From: an uncultured Bacteroidales bacterium
GTDB lineage: Bacteria; Bacteroidota; Bacteroidia; Bacteroidales; ML635J-15
Reading direction: 5' to 3'
DNA: 51,487 nt
Assembly: GCA_964493875.1 (NCBI GenBank)
Contig: CAZBPT010000001.1
Location: forward strand, 53,020-104,506
Each line of letters starts with the position of its first letter. Position 1 is the first letter of the stretch. The translations under genes and the position numbers were made by a program. Under the pieces are notes generated by a model that saw nothing but the letters and a program-made list of their open reading frames with translations, was not told the DNA's origin and ran no database searches. Positions 1-9,321 of this stretch are shown piece by piece.

Positions 1-363
1 AATATGCTTTGCGATATTTTTTGCTTGTTCAATATTTTTTCCGGCTTTGGAATCGCTTTGCATACTATAAGAATTATCTATATAGATTGCTGTAACGGAA
101 ATTTGTTTGTTTTGACTTTTATCATTAGGAATATAAGGACCGGCAAAAGCAATCACCAACATTGCAATTATTAAAATTCTTGAAATAAGAATAAGTAAGT
201 TCTTTAATATATTTATTCTTTGACTTTGTTTTTTTATATTTTTTAGGAATTCGTTATTACTAAAATATACAAGTTTATGTCTTCTGAAATTTATTAAATG
301 AATAATTATTGGTATAGATACAGCAAAGAATGCCCATAGAAAATTAGGATTAACAAAATTCAT
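1..363 (-). CDS. BatA-like protein with N-terminal double-transmembrane domain (5' part only; gene runs off the left edge)
   Basis: Absent from the ORF track because there is no stop in the window. A reverse-strand ATG at 363..361 opens MNFVNPNFLWAFFAVSIPIIIHLINFRRHK...IIAMLVIAFAGPYIP...VTAIYIDNSYSMQ. The frame stays open to position 1 (121 codons). This is a typical BatA/aerotolerance-type N-terminus. Confidence 0.6.
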   Translation of the reverse strand, partial: MNFVNPNFLWAFFAVSIPIIIHLINFRRHKLVYFSNNEFLKNIKKQSQRINILKNLLILISRILIIAMLVIAFAGPYIPNDKSQNKQISVTAIYIDNSYSMQSDSKAGKNIEQAKNIAKHI

Positions 364-495
364 AATAAAATTTCTGCAAATTTAGTATAAGTTTTTCAAA
401 AATCAAATTTTGTTTTACTTCATAAAGAGATAAATGATGCTGATAAATTAATGAGAAAAAAGGAAAAAACAAATAAAAGTTTTTGTTAAAAATAT

Positions 496-503
496 TATCT
501 TTG
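496..503 (+). promoter_or_regulatory. putative Bacteroidota -7 promoter box (TAnnTTTG) for alaS
   Basis: TATCTTTG lies 16 nt upstream of the alaS ATG at 519. Confidence 0.4.
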
Positions 504-518
504 CAAGAAAATATATAA

Positions 519-1346
519 ATGGAATCAAAAGAGATAAGACAGCGATTTAAAGATTTTTTTGAGCGTAATGGGCATAAAATTGTTCCAAGTGACAGCATGA
601 TAATAAAGGGCGACCCTACATTAATGTTCACAAATGCGGGAATGAACCAATTTAAAGATATTTTTTTAGGAATACGCAAAGCCGACACGCTACGAATTGC
701 AGATTCACAAAAGTGTCTAAGGGTTTCAGGCAAACACAACGATTTGGAAGAAGTTGGGCACGACACTTATCATCACACCATGTTTGAGATGCTTGGAAAT
801 TGGTCTTTTGGTGATTATTTTAAGGAAGAAGCTATTCGCTTGGCATGGGAATTGCTCACAGAAGAGTTTGAAATCGACAAAGATCGTTTATATGTTACAG
901 TTTTTGGTGGAGACCAATCAGAAAAATTAGAGATAGACATAGAAGCTGAAAATATTTGGAAAAAATATCTAAGTAAAGACCGTATTATCTATGGTTCAAA
1001 AAAGGATAATTTTTGGGAAATGGGAGATTTGGGTCCTTGTGGTCCGTGCAGTGAGATTCACGTTGATATTAGAGACGAAAAAGAACGTAATGAAATCCCT
1101 GGGGTCTCGCTTGTAAATAATGACCACCCACAAGTTATAGAAATTTGGAATCTTGTATTCATTCAATACAACAGAAAAGCTGATGGCAGTTTGGAATTAT
1201 TACCCGCAAAACACGTAGATACAGGAATGGGATTTGAAAGACTTTGTGCTGTTTTACAAAATAAAAAATCTAATTATGACACTGATGTTTTTCAAACTAT
1301 TATTAAAGAAATTGAAAAAATTACCAATTTAAAATATTCCCGTTAA
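519..1346 (+). CDS. alaS: alanine--tRNA ligase, N-terminal fragment (class II catalytic core, 275 aa)
   Basis: Contains [46 protein letters not shown] and [14 protein letters not shown] (motif 3). Ends ...NLKYSR with TAA at 1344, and further in-frame TAA codons follow at 1374 and 1377. Confidence 0.9.
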   Translation: MESKEIRQRFKDFFERNGHKIVPSDSMIIKGDPTLMFTNAGMNQFKDIFLGIRKADTLRIADSQKCLRVSGKHNDLEEVGHDTYHHTMFEMLGNWSFGDYFKEEAIRLAWELLTEEFEIDKDRLYVTVFGGDQSEKLEIDIEAENIWKKYLSKDRIIYGSKKDNFWEMGDLGPCGPCSEIHVDIRDEKERNEIPGVSLVNNDHPQVIEIWNLVFIQYNRKADGSLELLPAKHVDTGMGFERLCAVLQNKKSNYDTDVFQTIIKEIEKITNLKYSR

Positions 1347-1398
1347 TATATTTTTAATCACTCTATAAATAACTAATAAAACAAAGAATTTCAAAACA

Positions 1399-3198
1399 AT
1401 GAACAAAAAAGAAGAAAATATAAATATAGCAATGCGAGTGATATCGGATCATCTTCGTGCCGTAGCTTTTGCCATTGCCGATGGGCAATTACCATCAAAT
1501 GTTAAAGCTGGTTATGTTATCCGTAGAATTTTAAGACGTGCCGTTCGATATTATTATTCGTTTTTGGATATGAAAGAACCTATGATTTACAAATTAGTAG
1601 ATACATTAGTAAAACAAATGGGAGATGATTATCCGGAATTAAAAAGACAACAAAAATTAATAGAAAATGTTATTCGCGAAGAAGAATTATCTTTTTTAAA
1701 AACTCTTGAAAAAGGAATAAAATTATTAGATAACATTATAAAAAAAGGAGATAAGGTAATTTCCGGCACAGATGCTTTTGTTTTGTACGACACTTACGGA
1801 TTTCCTCTAGATTTAACCGAACTCATTGCAAAAGAAAACGGCATTAGCGTTGATACAGAAGCATTTGATTCGGAAATGCAAAAGCAAAAAGAAAGAGCTC
1901 GCAGTGCTGCTGAAAAAGAAACTGAAGATTGGACAATTATAAATGAAGGAAGCACTATTTTTTTAGGTTATGACACTTATAGCTGTGAAATTAAAATCAA
2001 TAAATACAGAGCTATAAAACAAAACAACAAAAAATATTATCATTTAGTTTTTGATAAAACTCCTTTCTATTCAGAATCAGGAGGTCAGGTTGGTGACACC
2101 GGTATAATAAAAAATATCAATGAAGAAATTGCTATTGAAAATACAATAAAAGAACACAATCAAATTATTCATGTTAGCAGTAAATTACCGACAAATTTAG
2201 AAGGTAGCTTTGAAGCCATTGTTGATATTGAAAAACAAAAATCATCCGCAAGAAATCACAGCGCCACTCACCTATTACATTTAGGATTAAGAAATATTTT
2301 AGGCACACATGTAGAACAAAAAGGTTCTTTGGTTGACAGCAGTAAATTAAGATTTGATTTTTCACATTTCAATAAATTGACAGAACAAGAAATCAGAGAA
2401 GTTGAATTATTTGTTAATTCGTTAATAATTAAAAATATAAAGAGAGAGGAATGTAGAGAAATTCCAATTTCGGAAGCAAAAGAAAAAGGAGCGATGATGC
2501 TTTTTGGTGAAAAATATGGCGACAAGGTACGTCTTATTGAATTTGGAGAATCAAAAGAATTATGTGGAGGAATCCATGTGGTTTCGACAGGAGAAATAGG
2601 TTTTTTCAAAATCGTTTCCGAAGGAGCAATCGCAGCCGGAATTCGTAGAATTGAAGCAGTTACTGGAATAAATTCTCAAGTAGAAATTTTTAATTCTTTT
2701 GATACAATTAAAGAAATATCTTCAATATTAAATAATCCAAAAGATATTTTGGAATCTATTAATAAGATTAACACTGAAAACCACGAATTAAGAAAGCAAA
2801 TTGAAGTTTATCATGCAGAAGAAATTAAAGAAATAAAAAATTCTCTATTGCAGAAAGCAGAAAAAAAAGATAATATTTCGATTATCGTAGCAGAAGTTAA
2901 AGTAAATAATGCAAATGATATCAAAGAAATATGTTCGCAAATTCGTGCACAGCTAAATGATTTTGCAGTTTGTCTAGCAGCAAATATCGACGGCAAAGCA
3001 TTTTTAGCATTAGCCTTTTCTGAAAATCTAGTATCAGAAAAGAAATTTGATGCCGGCAAATTGATTCGTGAGATAGCAAAAAACATTGAAGGCAGCGGAG
3101 GAGGACAAGCATTTATTGCTACTGCCGGAGGTAAGAATCCAAACGGAATAGGAAAAGCTTTGGAATTTGCAAAAGACTTATTTAATAAATCATTGTAA
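1399..3198 (+). CDS. alaS: alanine--tRNA ligase, C-terminal fragment (tRNA-recognition, editing and C-Ala domains, 599 aa)
   Basis: Starts MNKKEENINIAMRVISDHLRAVAFAIADGQLPSN, which is where a one-piece AlaRS continues. Carries the editing motifs HSATHLLH and CGGIHV and the C-terminal GSGGGQAFIATAGG. It is in a different frame from 519..1346. Confidence 0.9.
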   Translation: MNKKEENINIAMRVISDHLRAVAFAIADGQLPSNVKAGYVIRRILRRAVRYYYSFLDMKEPMIYKLVDTLVKQMGDDYPELKRQQKLIENVIREEELSFLKTLEKGIKLLDNIIKKGDKVISGTDAFVLYDTYGFPLDLTELIAKENGISVDTEAFDSEMQKQKERARSAAEKETEDWTIINEGSTIFLGYDTYSCEIKINKYRAIKQNNKKYYHLVFDKTPFYSESGGQVGDTGIIKNINEEIAIENTIKEHNQIIHVSSKLPTNLEGSFEAIVDIEKQKSSARNHSATHLLHLGLRNILGTHVEQKGSLVDSSKLRFDFSHFNKLTEQEIREVELFVNSLIIKNIKREECREIPISEAKEKGAMMLFGEKYGDKVRLIEFGESKELCGGIHVVSTGEIGFFKIVSEGAIAAGIRRIEAVTGINSQVEIFNSFDTIKEISSILNNPKDILESINKINTENHELRKQIEVYHAEEIKEIKNSLLQKAEKKDNISIIVAEVKVNNANDIKEICSQIRAQLNDFAVCLAANIDGKAFLALAFSENLVSEKKFDAGKLIREIAKNIEGSGGGQAFIATAGGKNPNGIGKALEFAKDLFNKSL

Positions 3199-3216
3199 GT
3201 CATTCTAATATTTAGT

Positions 3217-3251
3217 CCCGCAGGAATAAGTCTCTGCGGGATTTTTTTTTT
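3217..3251 (+). terminator. rho-independent terminator after alaS
   Basis: CCCGCAG (3217-3223) pairs with CTGCGGG (3234-3240) and is followed by a run of about 10 T. Confidence 0.75.
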
Positions 3252-3273
3252 GATTTTGTATCCAGAAGCTTAG

Positions 3274-3290
3274 TTGTTGTCACGGTTTTT
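3274..3290 (+). repeat. 17-mer TTGTTGTCACGGTTTTT, copy 1 (inverted copy at 28429..28445)
   Basis: Exact 17/17 match to the reverse complement of 28429..28445. Both copies lie in spacers between convergent genes. Confidence 0.6.
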
Positions 3291-3435
3291 GCATAGAGCA
3301 ACATCAAACCAGATATTCATCGGGAATATAAAGCAAAAACACGCGCCAACAAATATTTTTACGTTTTATCAAAAAAATATTTGTAAAAAAATTGAATTGT
3401 ATTTCTAATGAGAAAGATGAATTTTCGATAAATTA

Positions 3436-5865
3436 CTAATCTTTATTCACTACAGTAAAATATCGGGAAACGGAAATTCCTTTATTATCCACTATTGTCA
3501 AAAGATATTTTCCAGAGTTCAGTTTTACAGATATTTCATGAATTTCTTCAGTAGTATTAACATAAGCACCATCGATATACCAGAAAATTTTAGCATTATT
3601 ATCTTGATGAGCAACTTTAAAAACGGCAGATAAAGTATCTCCATAAGAATTTACAGGAATATATACGCGAGTATTAAGATTTGGATAAATAATGTCCATT
3701 ACCGAAGAGCTTGAAATATTATCATTGCAACCATCCAAAAAAGGAGGAAGTACAGAATAAGAAGGATTTTTCATTTTATAATAATATTCCATTGAAGGAG
3801 AAAGGACAAAACAAGATTTTCGGTGAATTTTTTCTATAGGATAACAATCGGAATTTACAAGATAAGATTCTGTTTCATCAAAATTATAGCAATGATGATA
3901 AGGACAATTTGGAGATTTTATAGCTGTATTCGACACATAAACCGTATCCACAGTATCACAGTCTGTAGAAGCGATATATCCGCTTTTTGCACAAATCGCC
4001 AAGGGAGTTGTATTGTCATAAGGGAAATCAAACCATTTATCATAATCAGGAAAAACATTTAGAATTTCAAAGAGTACAGGTGCTGCAACTTTCTGTCCTA
4101 TGATATCGGATTTTGGCTCCCCTGTAGCGTTTCCCACCCATACGGCAACAACATATTTTGGATTGATAGCAACAGCCCATGCATCTTTAAAGCCAAAACT
4201 TGTTCCTGTTTTCCAAGCCACTTGTTGTTTTGAAGAAAAACTTCGCCAATTTTTTTCATCGCCAGGCCTGTTTAACTCTGTCATCGCTAAAAATGTATAA
4301 TAAATTGAAACAGCATTAAGAAGATTTTCGTCCTTTTCTTTATTATCTCTTTTATCGGAATTTAATAAATAATGAGCAGGGAAATAAGCATCCGATAAAT
4401 ATTTTGCTTCGTTAGAATTATAATAATTAAGACTTCTCGCCATCGAAGCATAAGCAGAGGAAATTTCCCATAAATTTGATTCCGCTCCACCTAAAATAAG
4501 TGACAATCCGTAATAATCAGAACTCTTATCTATTGATTTCAAACCTAAATATCTCAATACAGACAAAAATTTATAAACATCATATTGTTTTAGCAAATGC
4601 ACAAAAGGAATATTCAGCGATCTCACAAGAGCCTCATCGGCAGGCACAGCACCATCATTTTGTTTATCAAAATTTTCGGGTGAAAAATCTGCAATTTTTG
4701 TGGGAGTGTCTCTCAGTAATGTTTTTGGTAAAATAATTCCGTCAGAAAGAGCAGCAGCATATAAAAAAGGTTTTAAAATACTTCCTGTGCTCCTATTTGA
4801 TAAAATCATATCAATATCTTTTTCCTTTGTATCGGAATCAAATGCGGCATTGCCAACATATACAAGAACTTCCCCTGAATTTACATCCAAAACGATACAA
4901 GCAATATTATTGATTCCATTTTGTTTATACAAACTATTATATTGATCAATGATTTTATTTGCAAGTTCTTGATATTTAAAATCTATTGTAGATAAGAATA
5001 CATTGTTGGAATTTTTGTTTTCTTTTAATATTCGTTCAACAAGATGGTATGCAGATGTTGGATAAGGTAAAGGATGTTGAGGAATTTCTTCTTCAATCGA
5101 CAATTGATAATCATCTTCAGATAGAATATTCTTTTCATAAAGCATCTTCAATAATTTATCGCGTTTTGCCTTTAATTTTTCTCGATTTTTTGCCGTATTT
5201 ATATTTGTGGGATCATTTGGAAGAACAGCAAGCATGGCATTTTCTGCCCAAGAAAGATTATATTGTGAACGACCGAAATATCGCCAAGAAGCGGCATCGA
5301 TGCCAACAATGTTTCCACCAAAAGGTGCATGAGAAGCGTATAATTTTAATATTGATTCTTTTGAATAAGTACATTCCAAGCGTATTGCCAAGAGAGACTC
5401 AATAATCTTTTCGTAAAAACTTCGTTTTTTGTTATTTCTCATTAACCTTATTGTCTGCATTGTAATTGTAGATGCGCCACTAACAATTTTTGAAGATTTT
5501 ATGTTCTGTTTTGTTGCTCTTATTATTGATAAAGGGTCTACTCCAAGATGATAATAGAAACGCTTATCTTCAAAGCAAACAATGCAGGTTTTGAACTTTT
5601 CATTCACGGAATCTGTTTCCGGAAATCGCCACTGCTTGTCATCGGATATTTTTACGCCGAGTAATTCCCCGTTTTTATCCACAACCACACAGGAATAAGA
5701 AACATTGAACAAGGGATTTGGTAAAATGAAAATAAATAATAAGATTAAAGATATTGAAAATAATAGAATTGCAGAATAAATGATTTTCTTTTTTAAAGAT
5801 AAAGCAAGAATAGATTTATAAAAATCAAAGAATTTTTGAGAAATTATCTTTAATATTTTTTTCAT
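3436..5865 (-). CDS. pbpC: penicillin-binding protein 1C (bifunctional transglycosylase/transpeptidase)
   Basis: 809 aa with an N-terminal TM helix, the GT51 motifs EDKRFYYHLGVDP and GASTITMQ, the transpeptidase motif STGSILKP, and a long C-terminal PBP1C-type beta domain. Confidence 0.85.
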   Translation of the reverse strand: MKKILKIISQKFFDFYKSILALSLKKKIIYSAILLFSISLILLFIFILPNPLFNVSYSCVVVDKNGELLGVKISDDKQWRFPETDSVNEKFKTCIVCFEDKRFYYHLGVDPLSIIRATKQNIKSSKIVSGASTITMQTIRLMRNNKKRSFYEKIIESLLAIRLECTYSKESILKLYASHAPFGGNIVGIDAASWRYFGRSQYNLSWAENAMLAVLPNDPTNINTAKNREKLKAKRDKLLKMLYEKNILSEDDYQLSIEEEIPQHPLPYPTSAYHLVERILKENKNSNNVFLSTIDFKYQELANKIIDQYNSLYKQNGINNIACIVLDVNSGEVLVYVGNAAFDSDTKEKDIDMILSNRSTGSILKPFLYAAALSDGIILPKTLLRDTPTKIADFSPENFDKQNDGAVPADEALVRSLNIPFVHLLKQYDVYKFLSVLRYLGLKSIDKSSDYYGLSLILGGAESNLWEISSAYASMARSLNYYNSNEAKYLSDAYFPAHYLLNSDKRDNKEKDENLLNAVSIYYTFLAMTELNRPGDEKNWRSFSSKQQVAWKTGTSFGFKDAWAVAINPKYVVAVWVGNATGEPKSDIIGQKVAAPVLFEILNVFPDYDKWFDFPYDNTTPLAICAKSGYIASTDCDTVDTVYVSNTAIKSPNCPYHHCYNFDETESYLVNSDCYPIEKIHRKSCFVLSPSMEYYYKMKNPSYSVLPPFLDGCNDNISSSSVMDIIYPNLNTRVYIPVNSYGDTLSAVFKVAHQDNNAKIFWYIDGAYVNTTEEIHEISVKLNSGKYLLTIVDNKGISVSRYFTVVNKD

Positions 5866-6278
5866 TATTTAAGCATAGAAAGCGCTTTATTTTCAGCAGT
5901 TTTCATATTGTCAAATTCTTCGGAGCTTTTATCGTTTAGTCCCACAAGATGCAAAATTCCGTGAATAATTACTCGATAAATTTCTGTAACTTCAGTTTTA
6001 TATTCTTTGGCATTTTCTGCAACAGTTTCGAGGCTGATATAAATGTCGCCGCTTATTTTATTATTTTCAGAATTATCAAAAGTAATTATATCTGTACTAT
6101 AATTATGCTTAAGATATTCCATATTTATTTTTAATATATATTCATCATCACAAAAGATATAATTAATATTTCCGATAGATTTTCCATATAATTTAACAAT
6201 TTCAGAAATCCATTGTCTTATTTGTGATAATTTTATTTTTGGTTTAGAAACATTTTCGTAAAAAAAATTGATATTCAT
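5865..6278 (-). CDS. ybeY: rRNA maturation endoribonuclease YbeY
   Basis: 137 aa with HGILHLVGLND (the H..H.....H metal motif). Its stop overlaps the pbpC ATG by 1 nt. Confidence 0.9.
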   Translation of the reverse strand: MNINFFYENVSKPKIKLSQIRQWISEIVKLYGKSIGNINYIFCDDEYILKINMEYLKHNYSTDIITFDNSENNKISGDIYISLETVAENAKEYKTEVTEIYRVIIHGILHLVGLNDKSSEEFDNMKTAENKALSMLK

Positions 6279-6291
6279 TATTTCCTTTTTG

Positions 6292-6299
6292 CAAAAATA
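6292..6299 (-). promoter_or_regulatory. putative -7 box (TATTTTTG on the minus strand) for ybeY-pbpC
   Basis: The reverse complement of CAAAAATA lies 14 nt upstream of the ybeY ATG. Confidence 0.4.
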
Positions 6300-6343
6300 A
6301 CAAATAATTTATTAGCAACAAAAAAAATTGAGAAATAAAAAAT

Positions 6344-6375
6344 CACAAAAAAAGAGAGAGCCTTAGCCCTCTCTT
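6344..6375 (-). terminator. rho-independent terminator after the P5C dehydrogenase gene
   Basis: AAGAGAG pairs with CTCTCTT plus an inner GC/GC pair. The flanking A-run gives a U-tract on the minus-strand transcript. Confidence 0.55.
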
Positions 6376-6397
6376 AAAAATAAAATTATGAAAATGT

Positions 6398-8023
6398 CTA
6401 TTTCATGTATGGATATAAAATTTCGGTAGCAGGAATTAAAGTTTCTTTAATTGCGCGTGGATTTGTCCAACGAATTAAATTCAAATAAGACCCTGCTTTA
6501 TCGTTAGTTCCTGAAGATCTTGAACCACCAAAAGGTTGAAGTCCAACAACAGCACCTGTTGGTTTGTCGTTAATATAGAAATTTCCTGCAGTATAACGTA
6601 GTTTTTTTGTCATTTCTTCGGTAACATATCTGCAATTACAGAAAATAGCGCCTGTAAGAGCATAAGCTGTTGAATTATTGCAAATTTCTAAGGTTTCTTC
6701 AAATTTGTTGTCATCATAAACATAAACAGTAAGAACTGGCCCAAAAATTTCTTCTACCATTGATTTGAAATTTGGATTAGTAGTTTTGATGATAGTTGGT
6801 TCTACGAAATAACCTTTTGATTTATCGCAATTTCCTCCGGAAACAATTTCACATTCATTACTTTGTTTTGCTAAATCGATATAAGATTTAATATTATCGA
6901 AAGAAGCTTCATCAATAACAGCGTTCATGAAATTATCGTGATCCATTACATCACCGATTTTTATTTTTTTAATATGCATCAACATATTCTTTTTAACGTC
7001 TTCCCATAAAGAAGCAGGTACATAAGCACGAGAAGCTGCAGAGCATTTTTGACCTTGGAATTCGAAACTACCAGCAACCAATGCAGTAGCTAAGTCTAAA
7101 GCATCAGCAGATTTGTGAGCAAAAACAAAGTCTTTACCACCTGTTTCACCAACAAGTTTTGGATAAGAAACATAATTTTTTCTATTTTCAGCAACATTTC
7201 TCCAAAGAGTATCAAAAGTTACAGTAGAACCTGTAAAATGAATACCTGCAAGCCATTTACTGCTTGTAATAACTTTTCCTAAAACACTTCCTTTTCCAGG
7301 AATGAAATTGATAACGCCATCAGGTAATCCAGCTTCTTTATATATTTTCATCAAATAATAATTTGAAAGAATAGAAGTAGAAGATGGTTTCCAAAGAACG
7401 GTGTTACCCATTAGAACTGGAGACATACTTAAATTGCTGGCAATAGAAGTAAAATTAAATGGACTCAAAGCGAAAACGAATCCTTCTAATGATCTGTATT
7501 CTACTTGATTTATTTGGTTAGCGGTTTGTCCGGGTTGGTCACTATAAATTTGAGAAGCATAGAAACAATTAAAACGTAAAAAGTCAATATTTTCGCAAAC
7601 AGCATCAATTTCTGCCTGATAAATATTTTTACTTTGTCCTAACATAGTAGCCGCATTAATCAAAGCACGATATTTTTTGGCAAGAAGTTCAGCAACTCTT
7701 AAATTTATTGCACAGCGTTCTGTCCAAGGCATATTTTCCCATTTTTCTTTTGCTTGTAAAGCAGCTTCTATAGCCATTTCAACTTCTTTTTCTCCTGCTT
7801 GATGATAGCGAGCCAAAACATGTTTATGGTTATGAGGCATTACCACTGTTCCCATATTACCTGTTTTAACTTCTTTTCCACCAATAATTAGAGGTATTTC
7901 GATTTCTTCATGACTTAATTTTTCTAAAGCAGCATCTAAAGCTTTTCTTTCAGGACTACCTTTAAGATAGGATTGAACCGGTTCGTTTGCCGGTCTCGGA
8001 AAACTAAATAATTGATTATTCAT
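6398..8023 (-). CDS. pruA: L-glutamate gamma-semialdehyde (1-pyrroline-5-carboxylate) dehydrogenase
   Basis: 541 aa aldehyde dehydrogenase fold with ETGGKD, FEFQGQKCSAASR (catalytic Cys) and EEIFGPV. Length and termini match the stand-alone PruA type. Confidence 0.85.
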   Translation of the reverse strand: MNNQLFSFPRPANEPVQSYLKGSPERKALDAALEKLSHEEIEIPLIIGGKEVKTGNMGTVVMPHNHKHVLARYHQAGEKEVEMAIEAALQAKEKWENMPWTERCAINLRVAELLAKKYRALINAATMLGQSKNIYQAEIDAVCENIDFLRFNCFYASQIYSDQPGQTANQINQVEYRSLEGFVFALSPFNFTSIASNLSMSPVLMGNTVLWKPSSTSILSNYYLMKIYKEAGLPDGVINFIPGKGSVLGKVITSSKWLAGIHFTGSTVTFDTLWRNVAENRKNYVSYPKLVGETGGKDFVFAHKSADALDLATALVAGSFEFQGQKCSAASRAYVPASLWEDVKKNMLMHIKKIKIGDVMDHDNFMNAVIDEASFDNIKSYIDLAKQSNECEIVSGGNCDKSKGYFVEPTIIKTTNPNFKSMVEEIFGPVLTVYVYDDNKFEETLEICNNSTAYALTGAIFCNCRYVTEEMTKKLRYTAGNFYINDKPTGAVVGLQPFGGSRSSGTNDKAGSYLNLIRWTNPRAIKETLIPATEILYPYMK

Positions 8024-8045
8024 AATACTTTTTTTTAAATAGGTA

Positions 8046-8053
8046 CAAATATA
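8046..8053 (-). promoter_or_regulatory. putative -7 box (TATATTTG on the minus strand) for pruA
   Basis: The reverse complement of CAAATATA lies 23 nt upstream of the ATG at 8023. Confidence 0.35.
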
Positions 8054-8079
8054 AAGATATTTGTTGATAATTCCAAATA

Positions 8080-9312
8080 TTAAGAAAAAAACAAATATCC
8101 CATAAATATTGCCATGGTAATTCCTGCAAAATCGGCAATAAGTCCTGCCACTAAAGCATAACGAGAATTTGTAATCCCAACAGAACCAAAATATAAAGCA
8201 ATAATATAAAATGTAGTATCGGTAGCACCATTAAAAATACAACTCAACCTTCCGGCAAAAGAATCCACTCCAAAGGTATTCATTGTATCAACCATTAATC
8301 CTCTTGCTCCACCTCCGCTCAAAGGTTTCATTATTGCAGTTGGCAGTGCATCTACAAATTGACTGTCGAGGTTCATTTTTTCTACAATAAATTTAATTCC
8401 ATCAATAAGGTAACCCATAGCACCAGATGCACGAAAAGCACCAATAGCAACCAATATGATGATAATATAAGGAATTATTTTTATTGATACGGAAAAACTT
8501 GTTTTTGCTCCTTCAATAAAACTGTCATAAACATTAATTTTCTTAAAAAAGGCAATCGAAATAAATATTATTATTATTGCAAACAATATAAAATTTGATG
8601 CTAAAGAAGAATATAATTTTAAGCTATCAGAACTTGCCATGAGTGCAAAAAATATTATTCCTGCAATTATTAAAGAAAATCCCAACAGATACAAAATGAC
8701 TTCCTTCTTAAACAAATTAATTCTTTGATAAATTGCCACAGCAAGAATTCCGACAAAAGTACTTGTAAAAGTACAAATTAAAATCGGCAAGAAAACATCT
8801 GTTGGATCGCTTGCCCCCAATTGCAGTCGATAAGCTATGATTGATACTGGTATTAATGTTAATCCCGAAGTATTAATCACGAGAAACATTATCATAGAAT
8901 TTGAGGCTGTGTCTTTTTTTGGATTTAGTTCCTGGAGTTCTTTCATGGCTTTTAGTCCCAGCGGTGTTGCAGCATTGTCGAGACCTAAAATATTTGCAGC
9001 AAAGTTCATTACCATTGATCCAAAAACAGGGTGGTTTTTTGGTAAGTCGGGGAATAATTTATTAAATAACGGAGATATTGCTTTTGTAATAATATTTATG
9101 GCGCCACTCTTCTCTCCTATTTTCATTACTCCCAACCATAGAGCCATAATTCCTGTAAGCCCCAACGACAATTCAAATCCTAATTTTGCCATTGAAAAAG
9201 CTTCATTCATAATATTTGGGAATACCATCATGTCGCCGAAAAAAACCATTTTTAACAAGGCAACTAAAAATGCAGAAATAAGAAAGAAAATCCAAATATA
9301 ATTTATTATCAT
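8080..9312 (-). CDS. fused SpmA/SpmB-like nucleoside-recognition-domain membrane protein
   Basis: 410 aa polytopic protein with two Gate-like halves. The fused form is typical of Bacteroidota. Confidence 0.7.
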   Translation of the reverse strand: MIINYIWIFFLISAFLVALLKMVFFGDMMVFPNIMNEAFSMAKLGFELSLGLTGIMALWLGVMKIGEKSGAINIITKAISPLFNKLFPDLPKNHPVFGSMVMNFAANILGLDNAATPLGLKAMKELQELNPKKDTASNSMIMFLVINTSGLTLIPVSIIAYRLQLGASDPTDVFLPILICTFTSTFVGILAVAIYQRINLFKKEVILYLLGFSLIIAGIIFFALMASSDSLKLYSSLASNFILFAIIIIFISIAFFKKINVYDSFIEGAKTSFSVSIKIIPYIIIILVAIGAFRASGAMGYLIDGIKFIVEKMNLDSQFVDALPTAIMKPLSGGGARGLMVDTMNTFGVDSFAGRLSCIFNGATDTTFYIIALYFGSVGITNSRYALVAGLIADFAGITMAIFMGYLFFS

Positions 9313-9321
9313 TTACAATTA

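Noticed and set aside
350-766. The 138-aa minus-strand ORF across the alaS start. Many similar 60-154-aa ORFs also lie antisense to long genes: 2268..2609, 2811..3203, 5049..5405, 8837..9301, 10951..11331, 18967..19365, 22877..23236, 39901..40344, 41980..42396, 30646..30972 and 50699..50962.
   Set aside because: Each lies entirely or largely antisense to a gene with clear family motifs. Their translations are low-complexity or hydrophobic, as expected from AT-rich antisense frames. None has a plausible promoter box or signal.
1335-1420. Translational bypass (T4 gene-60-like hop) or programmed frameshift joining the two alaS ORFs. The roughly 50-nt gap length is suggestive.
   Set aside because: I found no matching take-off and landing codon pair flanking the gap, no obvious stem-loop at the take-off site and no slippery heptamer. 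The downstream ORF also has its own ATG in an A-rich initiation context. This cannot be excluded without proteomics.
3270-3320. 16-codon minus-strand ORF (MNIWFDVALCKNRDNN) that includes the 17-mer repeat. The second 17-mer copy would encode a similar KNRDN string.
   Set aside because: The peptide similarity is only what the shared 17 nt dictates. The second copy has no ATG and sits in the read-through frame of the CPBP gene. There is no independent coding evidence.
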